From contig OZ024744.1 of the NCBI GenBank assembly GCA_964016885.1, forward strand, positions 19,096,001 to 19,160,000: a stretch of 64,000 nt of DNA, given 5' to 3'. This document shows, piece by piece, positions 27,341-41,700 of the stretch. The notes under the pieces are model-generated. The model was given only the letters and a program-made list of their open reading frames with translations. It was not told the origin of the DNA and searched no databases. Both the position numbers and the translations under genes were made by a program. The stretch's first letter is position 1. Each line of letters opens with the position of its first letter. The stretch is from Eledone cirrhosa (lineage: Eukaryota).

Positions 27341-30019
27341 TCACTGTTTATGTCACTGTGTGTTTCTGTATATCTGTGTCTCTCTGTATTTCACTGTATC
27401 TGTGTGTATGTCTGTGTCACTGTGTATGTCACTGTATATGTGTGTATGTCTGTGTCACTGTGTGTTTCTGTATGTCTGTGTTACTGTGTATGTCACTGTG
27501 TGTTTCTGTATGTCTGTGTTACTGTGTATGTCAATGTGTGTTTCTGTATGTCTGTGTCACGGTGTATCTGACTGTATGTTTGTGTATGTCTGTGTCACTG
27601 TGTATGTCACTGTATGTTTATGTTTGTCTGTGTCACTGTGTATGTCACTGTATCTTTGTGTGTGTCTGTGTCACTGTGTATGTCACTGTATCTTTCTGTA
27701 TGCCTGTGTCACTGTGTATGTCACTGTGGGTTTGCGTGTGTCTGTGTCACTGTGTATGTCACTGTGTGTTTATGTATGTCTGTGCCACTGTGTATGTCAC
27801 TGTATGTTTATGTATGTCTGTGTCACTGTGTATGTCACTGTATCTTTGTGTTTGTCTCTGTCACTGTGTATGTCACTGTATGTTTCTGTATGTCTCTGTC
27901 ACGGTGTATGTCACTGGGTGTTTCTTATGTCTGTGTCACTGTGTATGTCACTGTATCTTTGTGTATGTCTGTGTCACCGTGTATGTCACTGTATCTTTGT
28001 GTATGTCTGTGTCTCTGTGTAGGTCACTGTATCTTTGTGTGTATCTGTGTCACTGTGTATGTCACTGTGTGTTTCTGTATGTCTGTGTCTCTGTGTATGT
28101 CACTGTATCTTTGTGTATATATGTGTCACTGTGTATGACACTGTGTGTTTCTGTATGTCTGTGTCACTGTTTATGTCACTGTGTGTTTCTGTATATCTGT
28201 GTCTCTCTGTATTTCACTGTATCTGTGTGTATGTCTGTGTCACTGTGTATGTCACTGTATATGTGTGTATGTCCGTGTCACTGTGTGTTTCTGTATGTCT
28301 GTGACACTGTGTATGTCACTGTATGTTTGTGTATGTCTGTGTCACTGCGTATGTCACTGTATGTTTCTGTATGTCTGTGTTACTGTGTATGTCACTGTGT
28401 GTTTCTGTATGTCTGTTTTACTGTGTATGTCAATGTGTGTTTCTGTATGTCTCTGTCACGGTGTATCTGACTGTATGTTTGTGTATGTCTGTGTCACTGT
28501 GTATGTCACTGTATGTTTATGTTTGTCTGTGTCACTGTGTATGTCACTGTATCTTTGTGTGTGTCTGTGTCACTGTGTATGTCACTGTATCTTTGTGTAT
28601 GCATGTGTCACTATGTATGTCACTGTGGGTTTGCGTGTGTCTGTGTCACTGTGTATGTCACTGTGTGTTTCTGTATGTCTGTGTCACTGTGTATGTCACT
28701 GTATGTTTCTGTATGTCTGTGTCACTGTGTATGTCACTGTATCTTTGTGTTTGTCTCTGTCACTGTGTATGTCACTGTATGTTTCTGCATGTCTCTGTCA
28801 ATGTGTATGTCACTGGGTGTTTCTGTATGTCTGTGTCACTGTGTATGTCACTGTATCTTTGTGTATGTCTGTGTCACCGTGTATGTCACTGTATCTTTGT
28901 GTATGTCTGTGTCACGGTGTATGTCATTGTATCTTTGTGTATGTCTGTGTCACTGTGTATGTCACTGTATATTTGTGTATGTCTATGGCACTATGTATGT
29001 CATTGTGTGTTTCTGTATGTCTGTGTCACTGTCTATGTCACTGTATCTTTGTGTATGTATGTGTCACTGCGTATGTCACTGGGTGTTTCTGTATGTCTGT
29101 GTCACTCTGTATATCACTGTATCTTTGTGTATGTATGTGTCACCGTGTATGCCATTGTATCTTTGTGTATGTCTATGTCACTGTGTATGTCACTGTATCT
29201 TTGTGTATGTCTGTGTCACTGTGTATGTCACTGTGTGTTTCTGTATGTCTGTGTCAAGGTGTATGTCACTGTATGTTTGTGTATGTCTGTGTCACTGTGT
29301 ATGTCACTGTGAGATTATGTATGTCTGAGGCACTGTGTATGTCACAGTGTGTTTCTGTATGTCTGTGTCACTGTGTATGTCACTGTATGTCTCTGTGTGT
29401 CTGTGTCACTGTCTATATCACTGTATCGTTGTGAATGTCTGTGTCACTGTGTATGTCACTGTGTGTTTCTCAATGTATGTGTCACTGTGTATGTCACTGT
29501 GTGTTTCTGTATATCTGTGTCTCTGTGTATGTCACTGTATCTGTGTGTATGTCTGTGTCACTGTGTATGTCACTGTATATGTGTGTATGTCTGTGTCACT
29601 GTGTATGTCACTGTGTGTTTCTGTATGTCTGTGTCACTGTGTATGTCACTGTATGTTTGTGTGTGTCTGTGTCACTGTGTATGTCACTGTGTTTTTGCGT
29701 GTGTCTGTGTCACTGTGTGTGTCACTGCGTATGTCACTGTGTGTTTCTGTATGTCTGTGTCGCTGTGTATGTCACTGTGTGTTTCTGTATGTCTGTGTCA
29801 CTGTGTATGTCACTGTATGTTTTTGTATGTCTGTGTCACTGTGAATGCCACTGTATTTTTGTGTATGTCTGTGTCACTGTGTGTGTCACTGTGTATGTCA
29901 CTGTATGCTTCTGTATGTCTGTGTCACTGTGTATGTCACTGTGTGTTTCTGTATGTCTATGTCACTGTGTATGTCACTGTATGTTTTTGTATGTCTGTGT
30001 CACTGTGTATGTCACTGTA

Positions 30020-30057
30020 TGTTTTTGTATGTCTGTGTCACTGTGTATGTCACTGTG
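30020..30057 (-). other. Example of a 22-spacer (23-1) RSS-like motif spanning exactly one monomer: CACAGTG-ACATACACAGTGACACAGACAT-ACAAAAACA
   Basis: The + strand reads tgtttttgt(30020-30028), a 22-bp spacer (30029-30050), then cactgtg(30051-30057). The heptamer matches 7/7 and the nonamer 8/9. This is sequence resemblance only. Confidence 0.45.
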
Positions 30058-31280
30058 TGTTTATGTATGTCTGTGTCACTGTGTATGTCACTGTATCTTT
30101 GTGTATGGCTGTGTCACTGTGTATGTCACTGTGTTTTGGGGTATGTATGTGTCACTGTGTATTTGTGTATGGCTGTGCCACTGTGTATGTCACTGTATGT
30201 TTGTGTATGTATGTGTCAGTGCGTATGTCACTGGGTGTTTCTGTATGTCTGTGTCACTGTGTATGTCACTGTATGTTTTTGTATGTCTGTGTCACTGTGT
30301 ATGTCACTGTGTGTTTTTGTATGTCTGTGTCACTGTGTATGTCACTGTGTGTTTATGTATGTCTGTATCACTGTGTATGTCACTGTATCTTTGTGTATGG
30401 ATGTGTCACTGTGTATGTCACTGTATGTTTGTGTGTGTCTGTGTCACTGTGTATGTCACTCTGTGTTTCTCTATGTCTGTGTCACTGTGTATGTCACTGT
30501 ACTTTTGTGTATGTCTGTGTCACCGTGTATGTCACTGTATATTTGTGTATGTCTGTGTCACTGTGTATGTCACTGTATCTTTGTGTATGTCTGTGTCACC
30601 GTGTATGTCACTGTATATTTGTGTATGTCTGTGGCACTATGTATGTCATTGTGTGTTTCTGTATTTCTGTGTCACTGTCTATGTCACTGTATCTTTGTGT
30701 ATGTCTGTGTCACTGTGTATGTCACTGTGTTTTTGCGTGTGTCTGTGTCACTGTGGGTGTCACTGTGTGTTTGTGTATGTATGTGTCACTGTGTATGTCA
30801 CTGTGTGTTTCTGTATGTCTGTGTCACTGCGTATGTCACTGTGTGTTTCTGTATGTCTGTGTCACTGTGTATGTCACTGTATGTTTGTGTGTGTCTGTGT
30901 CACTGTGTATGTCACTGTGTTTTTGCGTGTGTCTGTGTCACTGTGTATGCCACTGTGTGTTTGTGTATGTATGTGTCACTGTGTATGTCACTGTGTGTTT
31001 CTGTATGTCTGCGTCGCTGTGTATGTCACTGTGTGTTTCTGTATGTCTGTGTCACTGTGTATGTCACTGTATGTTTTTGTATGTCTGTGTCACTGTGAAT
31101 GCCACTGTATTTTTGTGTATGTCTGTGTCACTGTGTGTGTCAATGTGTATGTCACTGTATGCTTCTGTATGTCTGTGTCACTGTGTATGTCACTGTGTGT
31201 TTCTGTATGTCTGTGTCACTGTGTATGTCACTGTATGTTTTTGTATGTCTGTGTCACTGTGTATGTCACTGTGTGTTTAT

Positions 31281-34200
31281 GTATGTCTGTGTCACTGTGT
31301 ATGTCACTGTATCTTTGTGTATGGCTGTGTCACTGTGTATGTCACTGTGTGTGTGGGTATGTCTGTGTCACTGTGTATTTGTGTATGGCCGTGCCACTGT
31401 GTATGTCACTGTATGTTGTGTATGTATGTGCCACTGTGTATGTCACTGTATTTTTGTGTATGTCTGTATCACCGTGTATGTCACTGTATATTTGTGTATG
31501 TCTGTGTCACTGTGTATGTCACTGTATCTTTGTGGATGTCTGTGTCACCGTGTATGTCACTGTATATTTGTGTATGTCTATGGCACTATGTATGTCATTG
31601 TGTGTTTCTGTATGTCTGTGTCACTGTCTATGTCACTGTATCTTTGTGTATGTATGTGTCACTGCGTATGTCACTGGGTGTTTCTGTATGTCTGTGTCAC
31701 TGTATATCACTGTATCTTTGTGTATGTCTGTTTCACCGTGTATGCCATTGTATCTTTGTGTATGTCTATGTCACTGTGTATGTCACTGTATCTTTGTGTA
31801 TGTCTGTGTCACTGTGTACGTCACTGTGTGTTTCTGTATGTCTGTGTCAAGGTGTATGTCACTGTATGTTTGTGTATGTCTGTGTCACTGTGTATGTCAC
31901 TGTGTGTTTCTCAATGTATGTGTCACTGTGTATGTCACTGTGTGTTTCTGTATATCTGTGTCTCTGTGTATGTCACTGTATCTGTGTGTATGTCTGTGTC
32001 ACTGTGTATGTCACTGTATATGTGTGTATGTCTGTGTCACTGTGTATGTCACTGTGTGTTTCTGTATATCTGTGTCACTGTGTATGTCACTGTATGTTTG
32101 TGTGTGTCTGTGTCACTGTGTATGTCACTGTGTTTTTGCGTGTGTCTGTGTCACTGTGTATGTCACTGTGTGTTTGTGTATGTATGTGTCACTGTGTATG
32201 TCACTGTGTGTTTCTGTACGTCTGTGTCGCTGTGTATGTCACTGTGTGTTTCTGTATGTCTGTGTCACTGTGTATGTCACTGTATGTTTTTGTATGTCTG
32301 TGTCACTGTGAATGCCATTGTATTTTTGTGTATGTCTGTGTCACTGTGTGTGTCACTGTGTATGTCACTGTATGCTTCTGTATGTCTGTGTCACTGTGTA
32401 TGTCACTGTGTGTTTCTGTATGTCTGTGTCACTGTGTATGTTACTGTATGTTTTTGTATGTCTGTGTCACTGTGTATGTCACTGTATGTTTTTGTATGTC
32501 TGTGTCACTGTGTATGTCACTGTGTGTTTATGTATATCTGTGTCACTGTGTATGTCACTGTATCTTTGTGCATGGCTGTGTCACTGTGTATGTCACTGTG
32601 TTTTTGGGTATGTCTGTGTCACTGTGTATGTCACTGTGTATGTGTGTATGGCTGTGCCACTGTGTATGTCACTGTATGTTTGTGTATGTATGTGTCAGTG
32701 CGTATGTCCCTGGGTGTTTCTGTATGTCTGTGTCACTGTGTATGTCACTGTATGTTTTTGTATGTCCGTGTCACTGTGTATGTCACTCTGTGTTTCTCTA
32801 TGTCTGTGTCACTGTGTATGTCACTGTATATTTGTGTATGTCTGTGTCACTGTGTATGTCACTGTATATTTGTGTATGTCTGTGTCACCGTGTATGTCAC
32901 TGTATATTTGTGTATGTCTATGGCACTATGTATGTCATTGTGTGTTTCTGTATGTCTGTGTCACTGTCTATGTCACTGTATCTTTGTGTATGTATGTGTC
33001 AGTGCGTATGTCACTGGGCGTTTCTGTATGTCTGTGTCACTCTGTATATCACTGTATCTTTGTGTATGTCTGTGTCACCGTGTATGCCATTGTATCTTTG
33101 TGTATGTCTATGTCACTGTGTATGTCACTGTATCTTTGTGTATGTCTGTGTCACTGTGTATGTCACTGTGTGTTTGTGTATGTCTGTGTCAAGGTGTATG
33201 TCACTGTATGTTTGTGTATGTCTGTGTCACTGTGTATGTCACTGTGAGATTATGTATGTCTGAGGCACTGTGTATGTCACAGTGTGTTTCTGTATGTATG
33301 TGTCACTGTGTATGTCACTGTATGTCTCTGTATGTCTGTGTCACTGTCTATGTCACTGTATCGTTGTGTATGTCTGTGTCACTGTGTATGTCACTGTGTG
33401 TTTCTCAATGTATGTGTCACTGTGTATGTCACTGTGTGTTTCTGTATGTATGTGTCTCTATGTATGTCACTGTATCTTTGTGTATGTCTGTGTCTCTGTG
33501 TATGTCACTGGGTGTTTCTGTATGTTTGTGTCACTGTGTATGTCACTGTGTGTTTCTGTATATCTGTGTCTCTGTGTATGTCACTGTATCTGTGTGTATG
33601 TCTGTGTCACTGTGTATGTCACTGTATATTTGTGTATGTGTGTGTCATTGTGTATGTCACTGTGTGTTTCTGTATGTATGTGTCACTGTGTATGTAACTG
33701 TATATTGTGTATGTTTGTGTCACTGTGTATGTCACTGTCTGTTTATGTATGTCTGTGTCACTGTTTGTGTCACTGTGTGTTTTTGTATGCCTGTGTCTCT
33801 GTGTATGTCAATGTGTCTTTGTATATGTCTGTGTCACGGCGTATGTCACTGTATGTTTGTGTATGTCTGTGTCACTGTGTATATCACTGTATGTTTGTGT
33901 ATGCCTGTGTCACTGTGTATGTCACCCTATGTTTGTCTATGTCTGTGTCACTGTGTATGTCACTGTATGTTTCTGTATGTCTGTGTCACTGTGTATGTCA
34001 ATGTGTGTTTCTGTATCTCTGTGTCACGGCGTATGTCACTGTATGTTTGTGTATGTCTGTGTCACTGTGTATGTCACTGTATGTTTCTCTATGTCTGTGT
34101 CACTGTGTATGTCACTGTATGTTTCTGTATGTCTGTGCCACTGTGTATGTCACTGTATGTTTCTGTATGTCGGTGTCACTGTGTATGTCACTGTATGTTT

Positions 34201-37200
34201 CTCTATGTCTGTGTCACTATGTATGTAACTGTATGTTTGTGTATGTCTGTGTCACTGTGTATGTGACTGTATGTTTGTGTATGTCTGTGTCACTGTCTAT
34301 GTCACTGTGTGTTTCTGTATGTCTGTGTCATTGTGTATGTCACTGTATGTTTCTGTATGTCAGTTTCACTGTGTATATCACTGTGTATATCACTGTGTGT
34401 TCCTGTATGTCTGTGTCACTGTGTATGTCACTGTATCTTTGTGTATGGCTGTGTCACTGTGTATGTCACTGTGTGTGTGGGTATGTCTGTGTCACTGTGT
34501 ATTTGTGTATGGCCGTGCCACTGTGTATGTCACTGTATGTTGTGTATGTATGTGCCACTGTGTATGTCACTGTATTTTTGTGTATGTCTGTGTCACCGTG
34601 TATGTCACTGTATATTTGTGTATGTCTGTGTCACTGTGTATGTCACTGTATCTTTGTGGATGTCTGTGTCACCGTGTATGTCACTGTATATTTGTGTATG
34701 TCTATGGCACTATGTATGTCATTGTGTGTTTCTGTATGTCTGTGTCACTGTCTATGTCACTGTATCTTTGTGTATGTATGTGTCACTGCGTATGTCACTG
34801 GGTGTTTCTGTATGTCTGTGTCACTGTATATCACTGTATCTTTGTGTATGTCTGTTTCACCGTGTATTCCATTGTATCTTTGTGTATGTCTATGTCACTG
34901 TGTATGTCACTGTATCTTTGTGTATGTCTGTGTCACTGTGTACGTCACTGTGTGTTTCTGTATGTCTGTGTCAAGGTGTATGTCACTGTATGTTTGTGTA
35001 TGTATGTGTCACTGTGTATGTCACTGTGTGTTTCTCAATGTATGTGTCACTGTGTATGTCACTGTGTGTTTCTGTATATCTGTGTCTCTGTGTATGTCAC
35101 TGTATCTGTGTGTATGTCTGTGTCACTGTGTATGTCACTGTATATGTGTGTATGTCTGTGTCACTGTGTATGTCACTGTGTGTTTCTGTATATCTGTGTC
35201 ACTGTGTATGTCACTGTATGTTTGTGTGTGTCTGTGTCACTGTGTATGTCACTGTGTTTTTGCGTGTGTCTGTGTCACTGTGTATGTCACTGTGTGTTTG
35301 TGTATGTATGTGTCACTGTGTATGTCACTGTGTGTTTCTGTACGTCTGTGTCGCTGTGTATGTCACTGTGTGTTTCTGTATGTCTGTGTCACTGTGTATG
35401 TCACTGTATGTTTTTGTATGTCTGTGTCACTGTGAATGCCATTGTATTTTTGTGTATGTCTGTGTCACTGTGTGTGTCACTGTGTATGTCACTGTATGCT
35501 TCTGTATGTCTGTGTCACTGTGTATGTCACTGTGTGTTTCTGTATGTCTGTGTCACTGTGTATGTTACTGTATGTTTTTGTATGTCTGTGTCACTGTGTA
35601 TGTCACTGTATGTTTTTGTATGTCTGTGTCACTGTGTATGTCACTGTGTGTTTATGTATATCTGTGTCACTGTGTATGTCACTGTATCTTTGTGCATGGC
35701 TGTGTCACTGTGTATGTCACTGTGTTTTTGGGTATGTCTGTGTCACTGTGTATGTCACTGTGTATGTGTGTATGGCTGTGCCACTGTGTATGTCACTGTA
35801 TGTTTGTGTATGTATGTGTCAGTGCGTATGTCCCTGGGTGTTTCTGTATGTCTGTGTCACTGTGTATGTCACTGTATGTTTTTGTATGTCCGTGTCACTG
35901 TGTATGTCACTCTGTGTTTCTCTATGTCTGTGTCACTGTGTATGTCACTGTATATTTGTGTATGTCTGTGTCACTGTGTATGTCACTGTATATTTGTGTA
36001 TGTCTGTGTCACCGTGTATGTCACTGTATATTTGTGTATGTCTATGGCACTATGTATGTCATTGTGTGTTTCTGTATGTCTGTGTCACTGTCTATGTCAC
36101 TGTATCTTTGTGTATGTATGTGTCAGTGCGTATGTCACTGGGCGTTTCTGTATGTCTGTGTCACTCTGTATATCACTGTATCTTTGTGTATGTCTGTGTC
36201 ACCGTGTATGCCATTGTATCTTTGTGTATGTCTATGTCACTGTGTATGTCACTGTATCTTTGTGTATGTCTGTGTCACTGTGTATGTCACTGTGTGTTTG
36301 TGTATGTCTGTGTCAAGGTGTATGTCACTGTATGTTTGTGTATGTCTGTGTCACTGTGTATGTCACTGTGAGATTATGTATGTCTGAGGCACTGTGTATG
36401 TCACAGTGTGTTTCTGTATGTATGTGTCACTGTGTATGTCACTGTATGTCTCTGTATGTCTGTGTCACTGTCTATGTCACTGTATCGTTGTGTATGTCTG
36501 TGTCACTGTGTATGTCACTGTGTGTTTCTCAATGTATGTGTCACTGTGTATGTCACTGTGTGTTTCTGTATGTATGTGTCTCTATGTATGTCACTGTATC
36601 TCTGTGTATGTCTGTGTCTCTGTGTATGTCACTGGGTGTTTCTGTATGTTTGTGTCACTGTGTATGTCACTGTGTGTTTCTGTATATCTGTGTCTCTGTG
36701 TATGTCACTGTATCTGTGTGTATGTCTGTGTCACTGTGTATGTCACTGTATATTTGTGTATGTGTGTGTCATTGTGTATGTCACTGTGTGTTTCTGTATG
36801 TATGTGTCACTGTGTATGTAACTGTATATTGTGTATGTTTGTGTCACTGTGTATGTCACTGTCTGTTTATGTATGTCTGTGTCACTGTTTGTGTCACTGT
36901 GTGTTTTTGTATGCCTGTGTCTCTGTGTATGTCAATGTGTCTTTGTATATGTCTGTGTCACGGCGTATGTCACTGTATGTTTGTGTATGTCTGTGTCACT
37001 GTGTATATCACTGTATGTTTGTGTATGCCTGTGTCACTGTGTATGTCACCCTATGTTTGTCTATGTCTGTGTCACTGTGTATGTCACTGTATGTTTCTGT
37101 ATGTCTGTGTCACTGTGTATGTCAATGTGTGTTTCTGTATCTCTGTGTCACGGCGTATGTCACTGTATGTTTGTGTATGTCTGTGTCACTGTGTATGTCA

Positions 37201-37570
37201 CTGTATGTTTCTCTATGTCTGTGTCACTGTGTATGTCACTGTATGTTTCTGTATGTCTGTGCCACTGTGTATGTCACTGTATGTTTCTGTATGTCGGTGT
37301 CACTGTGTATGTCACTGTATGTTTCTCTATGTCTGTGTCACTATGTATGTAACTGTATGTTTGTGTATGTCTGTGTCACTGTGTATGTGACTGTATGTTT
37401 GTGTATGTCTGTGTCACTGTCTATGTCACTGTGTGTTTCTGTATGTCTGTGTCATTGTGTATGTCACTGTATGTTTCTGTATGTCAGTTTCACTGTGTAT
37501 ATCACTGTGTATATCACTGTGTGTTCCTGTATGTCTGTGTCACTGTGTATGTCACTGTATCTTTGTGTAT
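31281..37570. repeat. Tandem higher-order duplication, 2 x 3124 bp
   Basis: ORF pairs 32312/35436, 33270/36394, 33284/36408, 33707/36831, 34271/37395 and 34309/37433 are offset by exactly 3124. The gtgtgtggg variant is present in both copies (about 31350, about 34474). About four substitutions were noticed. Confidence 0.94.
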
Positions 37571-37699
37571 GTATGTGTCACCGTGGATGTCACTGTATCT
37601 CTGTGTATGTCTGTGTCACTGTCAATGTCACTGTATCTTTGTGTATGTCTGTGTCACTGTGTATGTCACTGTGTGTTTGTGTATGCATGTGTCACTGTG

Positions 37700-38770
37700 T
37701 ATGTCACTGGGTGTTTCTGTGTGTCTGTGTCACTCTGTATGTCACTGTATCTCTGTGTATGTCTGTGTCACCGTGTATGTCACTGTATCTTTGTGTATGC
37801 ATGTGTCACTGTGTATGTCACTTTGTGTTTCTGTATGTCTGTGTCACGGTGTATGTCACTGTATGTTTGTGTATGTCTGTGTCACTGTGTATGTCATTGT
37901 GAGTTTCTGTATGTATGTGTCACTGTGTATGTCACTGTGTGTTTCTGTATGTCTGTGTCACTGTGTATGTCACTGTATCTTTGTGTATGTCTGTGTCACT
38001 GTGTATGTCACTGTGTGTTTCTGTATGTCTGTGTCACTGTGTATGTCATTGTGTGTTTCTGTATGCCTGTGTCTGTGTATGTCACTGTATCTTTGTGTAT
38101 GTCTGTGTCACGGTGTATGTCACTGTATGTTTGTGTATGCCTGTGTCACTCTTATATCAATGAATGTTTCTGTATGTCTATGTCTCTGTGTATGTCACTG
38201 TATCTTTGTGTATGTCTGTGGCACTCTGTATGTCATTGTGTGTTTCTGTATGTCTGTGTCACTGTCTATGTCACTGTATCTTTGTGTATGTCTGTGTCAC
38301 TGTGTATGTCACTGTGTGTTTGTGTATGCCTGTGTCACTGTGTATGTCACTGTGTGTTTCTGTATGTCTGTGTCACTGTGTATGTCACTGGGTGTTTCTG
38401 TGTGTCTGTGTCACTCTGTATGTCACTGTATCTCTGTGTATGTCTGTGTCACCGTGTATGTCACTGTATCTTTGTGTATGCATGTGTCACTGTGTATGTC
38501 ACTTTGTGTTTCTGTATGTCTGTGTCACGGTGTATGTCACTGTATGTTTGTGTATGTCTGTGTCACTGTGTATGTCATTGTGAGTTTCTGTATGTATGTG
38601 TCACTGTGTATGTCACTGTGTGTTTCTGTATGTCTGTGTCACTGTGTATGTCACTGTGTGTTTGTGTATGCCTGTGTCACTGTGTATGTCACTGTGTGTT
38701 TCTGTATGTCTGTGTCACTGTGTATGTCATTGTGTGTTTCTGTATGCCTGTGTCTGTGTATGTCACTGTA
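37700..38770. repeat. Local duplication of about 0.39 kb (about 37700-38090 vs about 38381-38770, offset 681)
   Basis: ORF starts 37915/38596 are offset by 681. Both copies have the series gggtgtttctgtgtg, atgcatgt, cactttgtg, cattgtgagttt and gcctgtgtctgtg. Confidence 0.8.
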
Positions 38771-41700
38771 TCTTTGTGTATGTATGTGTCACTGTGTATG
38801 TCCCTGTATCTTTGTGTATGTCTGTGTCACCGTGTATGTCACTGTATCTTTGTGTATGTATGTGTCACTGTGTAAGTCATTGTATCTTTCTGTATGTCTG
38901 TGGCACTCTGTATGTCACTGTTTGTTTCTATATGTCTGTGTCACTGTCTATGTCACTGTATCTTTGTGTATGTATGTGTCACTGTGTATGTCACTGTGTG
39001 TTTCTGTATGTCTGTGTCTCTGTGTATGTCACTGTATCTCTGTGTATGTCTGTGTCACTGTGTATGTCACTGTGTGTTTGTGTATGCCTGTGTGACTGTG
39101 TATTTCACTGTTTGTTTCTTTATGTATGTGTCACTGTGTATGTCACTGTGTGTTTCTGTATGTCTGTGTCACTGTGTATGTCATTGTATCTTTGTGTATG
39201 TCTGTGTCACTGTGTATGTCACTGTGTGTTTCTGTATGTCTGTGTCACTGTGTATGTCATTGTGTGTTTCTGTATGCCTGTGTCTGTGTATGTCACTGTA
39301 TCTTTGTGTATGTCTGTGTCACCGTGTATGTCACTGTATATTTGTGTATGTCTATTGCACTATGTATGTCATTGTGTGTTTCTGTATGTCTGTGTCACTG
39401 TCTATGTCACTGTATCTTTGTGTATGTATGTGTCACTGCGTATGTCACTGGGTGTTTCTGTATGTCTGTGTCACTGTATATCACTGTATCTTTGTGTATG
39501 TCTGTGTCACCGTGTATGCCATTGTATCTTTGTGTATGTCTATGTCACTGTGTATGTCACTGTATCTTTGTGTATGTCTGTGTCACTGTGTACGTCACTG
39601 TGTGTTTCTGTATGTCTGTGTCAAGGTGTATGTCACTGTATGTTTGTGTCACTGTGTATGTCACTGTGTGTTTCTCAATGTATGTGTCACTGTGTATGTC
39701 ACTGTGTGTTTCTGTATATCTGTGTCTCTGTGTATGTCACTGTATCTGTGTGTATGTCTGTGTCACTGTGTATGTCACTGTATATGTGTGTATGTCTGTG
39801 TCACTGTGTATGTCACTGTGTGTTTCTGTATGTCTGTGTCACTGTGTATGTCACTGTATGTTTGTGTGTGTCTGTGTCACTGTGTATGTCACTGTGTTTT
39901 TGCGTGTGTCTGTGTCACTGTGTATGTCACTGTGTGTTTGTGTATGTATGTGTCACTGTGTATGTCACTGTGTGTTTCTGTATGTCTGTGTCGCTGTGTA
40001 TGTCACTGTGTGTTTCTGTATGTCTGTGTCACTGTGTATGTCACTGTATGTTTTTGTATGTCTGTGTCACTGTGAATGCCACTGTATTTTTGTGTATGTC
40101 TGTGTCACTGTGTGTGTCACTGTGTATGTCACTGTATGCTTCTGTATGTCTGTGTCACTGTGTATGTCACTGTGTGTTTCTGTATGTCTGTGTCACTGTG
40201 TATGTCACTGTATGTTTTTGTATGTCTGTGTCACTGTGTATGTCACTGTATGTTTTTGTATGTCTGTGTCATTGTGTATGTCACTGTGTGTTTATGTATG
40301 TCTGTGTCACTGTGTATGTCACTGTATCTTTGTGTATGGCTGTGTCACTGTGTATGTCACTGTGTTTTTGGGTATGTCTGTGTCACTGTGTATGTCACTG
40401 TGTATTTGTGTATGGCTGTGCCACTGTGTATGTCACTGTATGTTTTTGTATGTATGTGTCAGTGCGTATGTCACTGGGTGTTTCTGTATGTCTGTGTCAC
40501 TGTGTTTGTCACTGTATGTTTTTGTATGTCTGTGTCACTGTGTATGTCACTCTGTGTTTCTCTATGTCTGTGTCACTGTGTATGTCACTGTATATTTGTG
40601 TATGTCTGTGTCACTGTGTATGTCACTGTATATTTGTGTATGTCTGTGTCACCGTGTATGTCACTGTATATTTGTGTATGTCTATGGCACTATGTATGTC
40701 ATTGTGTGTTTCTGTATGTCTGTGTCACTGTCTATGTCACTGTATCTTTGTGTATGTATGTGTCAGTGCGTATGTCACTGGGTGTTTCTGTATGTCTGTG
40801 TCACTCTGTATATCACTGTATCTTTGTGTATGTCTGTGTCACCGTGTATGCCATTGTATCTTTGTGTATGTCTATGTCACTGTGTATGTCATTGTATCTT
40901 TGTGTATGTCTGTGTCACTGTGTATGTCACTGTGTGTTTGTGTATGTCTGTGTCAAGGTGTATGTCACTGTATGTTTGTGTATGTCTGTGTCACTGTGTA
41001 TGTCACTGTGAGATTATGTATGTCTGAGGCACTGTGTATGTCACAGTGTGTTTCTGTATGTCTGTGTCACTGTGTATGTCACTGTATGTCTCTGTATGTC
41101 TGTGTCACTGTCTATGTCACTGTATCGTTGTGTATGTCTGTGTCACTGTGTATGTCACTGTGTGTTTCTCAATGTATGTGTCACTGTGTATGTCACTGTG
41201 TGTTTCTGTATGTCTGTGTCTCTATGTATGTCACTGTATCTTTGTGTATGTCTGTGTCTCTGTGTATGTCACTGGGTGTTTCTGTATGTCTGTGTCACTG
41301 TGTATGTCACTGTGTGTTTCTGTATATCTGTGTCTCTGTGTATGTCACTGTATCTGTGTGTATGTCTGTGTCACTGTGTATGTCACTGTATATGTGTGTA
41401 TGTGTGTGTCATTGTGTATGTCACTGTGTGTTTCTGTATGTATGTGTCACTGTGTATGTAACTGTATATTGTGTATGTTTGTGTCACTGTGTATGTCACT
41501 GTCTGTTTATGTATGTCTGTGTCACTGTTTGTGTCACTGTGTGTTTCTGTATGCCTGTGTCTCTGTGTATGTCAATGTGTCTTTGTATATGTCTTTGTCA
41601 CGGCGTATGTCACTGTATGTTTGTGTATGTCTGTGTCACTGTGTATATCACTGTATGTTTGTGTATGCCTGTGTCACTGTGTATGTCACCCTATGTTTGT

